Assembly (NCBI GenBank): GCA_008632985.1
Contig: QPGO01000185.1
Coordinates: forward strand, 124,001 to 150,105
Direction of reading: 5' to 3'
DNA from: Psammoneis japonica
Lineage: Eukaryota
DNA length: 26,105 bases
The position numbers were made by a program, and so were the translations under genes. This document shows positions 24,891 through 26,105 of this stretch, piece by piece. Positions within the stretch are counted from its first letter, which is position 1. Each line of letters starts with the position of its first letter. The notes below the pieces were generated by a model that ran no database searches, had not been told where the DNA came from, and was given only the letters and a program-made list of their open reading frames with translations.

Positions 24891-26105
24891 ATGGAGTGCA
24901 CCGCTGGTCGTTGTCGACAACCTCCGTGTCTTGTGTTATACACCACTGTGGAGGAATCGGATGCAACGTCGTCTCATGAAAAGGACACGTCTCTTGCAAA
25001 GGAAATCGAAGGCACCGTTGCCGCAACGCTGGCGTCTCTTGCACCGCCGCGCAACGCAACGATCACAACTGCGACCGCGGAGGTAGCGTCGACTTCAACC
25101 ATGACGAACCAACCGTCGTCGTTGGTGGAAGGAGATGTGCCGGTGTCGCAGACGACAGCAAAACCGCCTGCAAAGGAGCCAATCGCCCTCCCCCCATTGA
25201 TCCCTTGCAAGGCATCCGAAATCTGTGGAGGACTGGATTTGGTCACCACACACAATCACTTGTCGGCAAACCCAAGCGGCACCATGCATTTTGAGGATCC
25301 GAACTGCAACATGAGTTCGATCCACACAACCGAAGCAAAAGCAGATGCAAACAACCCGGATCCTGGAAACAACGAAACAACTGAGATGGCAGCAAAGAAG
25401 GACGCGAAGAAGAAATCAAAGGAGATGGCATTGCTCAAAGATGTGAGAGACTGGCAGAGTTGTCACGCCACCGCACAGTCGTTCATTGATTTCATGAGCG
25501 GCAAACTTGCAGATCCACCCACCATCATTGCCAACGGTCCCTGGTGCGACAGCATCGGTCAGATTGGTTGGAAGCGGGATGACTTGGAATTCGTGAAAAA
25601 GATGGAAGGCAAGCTGTGCCGGTGGTGCTGGTTTCACCCTGCTGGTTCAGTGCCGACACAGCTGATGTGTGGCAATCTTCAGGAGGCGTTCGACGAAAAT
25701 TGGCGGCTTCGCCTTCAGATGCGCGTTAAATTGAAGGTGCCTTGGAGGGATCACATCGAAATCGGTCGTTCTCAAAGGAAGGGCGCAGGACTCGGCGTCT
25801 TCGCATCATCTTTCTTCCAGAAACAAGAGGTCATCGGCGTGTGCATTGGCACGGAAGTGTCCAGAAACCCAACTCCCTTCACTCACTGCTCTCATGACGA
25901 GCAGCACAGAATCGACCACAGTGTCTGTTTCCTGACACCACGCGAGCCCAACGGTCACTGTGTGACGGCAGCTCCCCAACCCTTGGAACTGGAAGAGGGT
26001 GAGAACACCAAGCCTCTGTGCCTGGGCATGCATTGTGTGAACGATGCGGAGGACACCTTTGAAGACCCCACCAAAATGACGAAGTCGGAAGTCAATGCCA
26101 ACAAC
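24891..26105 (+). CDS. SET-domain-containing ORF, 3' truncated; probably a hypermutated or repeat-associated copy (possible pseudogene)
   Basis: Open frame of 405 codons from ATG 24891 to the window end (hand-translated, not in the ORF track). Contains IEIGRSQRKGAGLGVFASSFFQKQEVIGVCIG (SET N-terminal GxGxFA...GxYxG) and PLCLGMHCVND (NH-motif equivalent). Confidence 0.65.
   Translation, partial: MECTAGRCRQPPCLVLYTTVEESDATSSHEKDTSLAKEIEGTVAATLASLAPPRNATITTATAEVASTSTMTNQPSSLVEGDVPVSQTTAKPPAKEPIALPPLIPCKASEICGGLDLVTTHNHLSANPSGTMHFEDPNCNMSSIHTTEAKADANNPDPGNNETTEMAAKKDAKKKSKEMALLKDVRDWQSCHATAQSFIDFMSGKLADPPTIIANGPWCDSIGQIGWKRDDLEFVKKMEGKLCRWCWFHPAGSVPTQLMCGNLQEAFDENWRLRLQMRVKLKVPWRDHIEIGRSQRKGAGLGVFASSFFQKQEVIGVCIGTEVSRNPTPFTHCSHDEQHRIDHSVCFLTPREPNGHCVTAAPQPLELEEGENTKPLCLGMHCVNDAEDTFEDPTKMTKSEVNANN

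Noticed and set aside
24374..24979. 201-aa and 133-aa plus-strand ORFs
   Set aside because: They overlap the pfkB 5' end in antisense and its promoter; no domain signal.

Overview
Eukaryotic nuclear DNA, most likely a (pennate) diatom. This is inferred from short GT-AG introns of about 75-160 nt and bipartite signal-peptide + F-starting plastid presequences. Genes, left to right: plastid-type aldo/keto reductase-like (-, 3' truncated), PuuE-type allantoinase (+, 6 exons including a 15-nt microexon), IQ-HECT E3 ligase (-), PI4-kinase (-), Wee1 kinase (+), bZIP transcription factor (+), large WD40 protein (-), a plastid-targeted PfkB sugar kinase abutting or fused to DeoC aldolase (-), and a SET-domain ORF running off the right end (+, absent from the ORF track). 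Three things stand out. (1) The last ~1.16 kb is almost free of TpA (2 by hand count) and conserved SET Tyr positions read Cys/His, suggesting TpA-targeted A-to-G hypermutation, a RIP-like process. (2) The PfkB-DeoC kinase-aldolase fusion. (3) Nine apparent single-base deletions confined to 13-23.6 kb, most likely assembly errors. Exon boundaries and counts were derived by hand.
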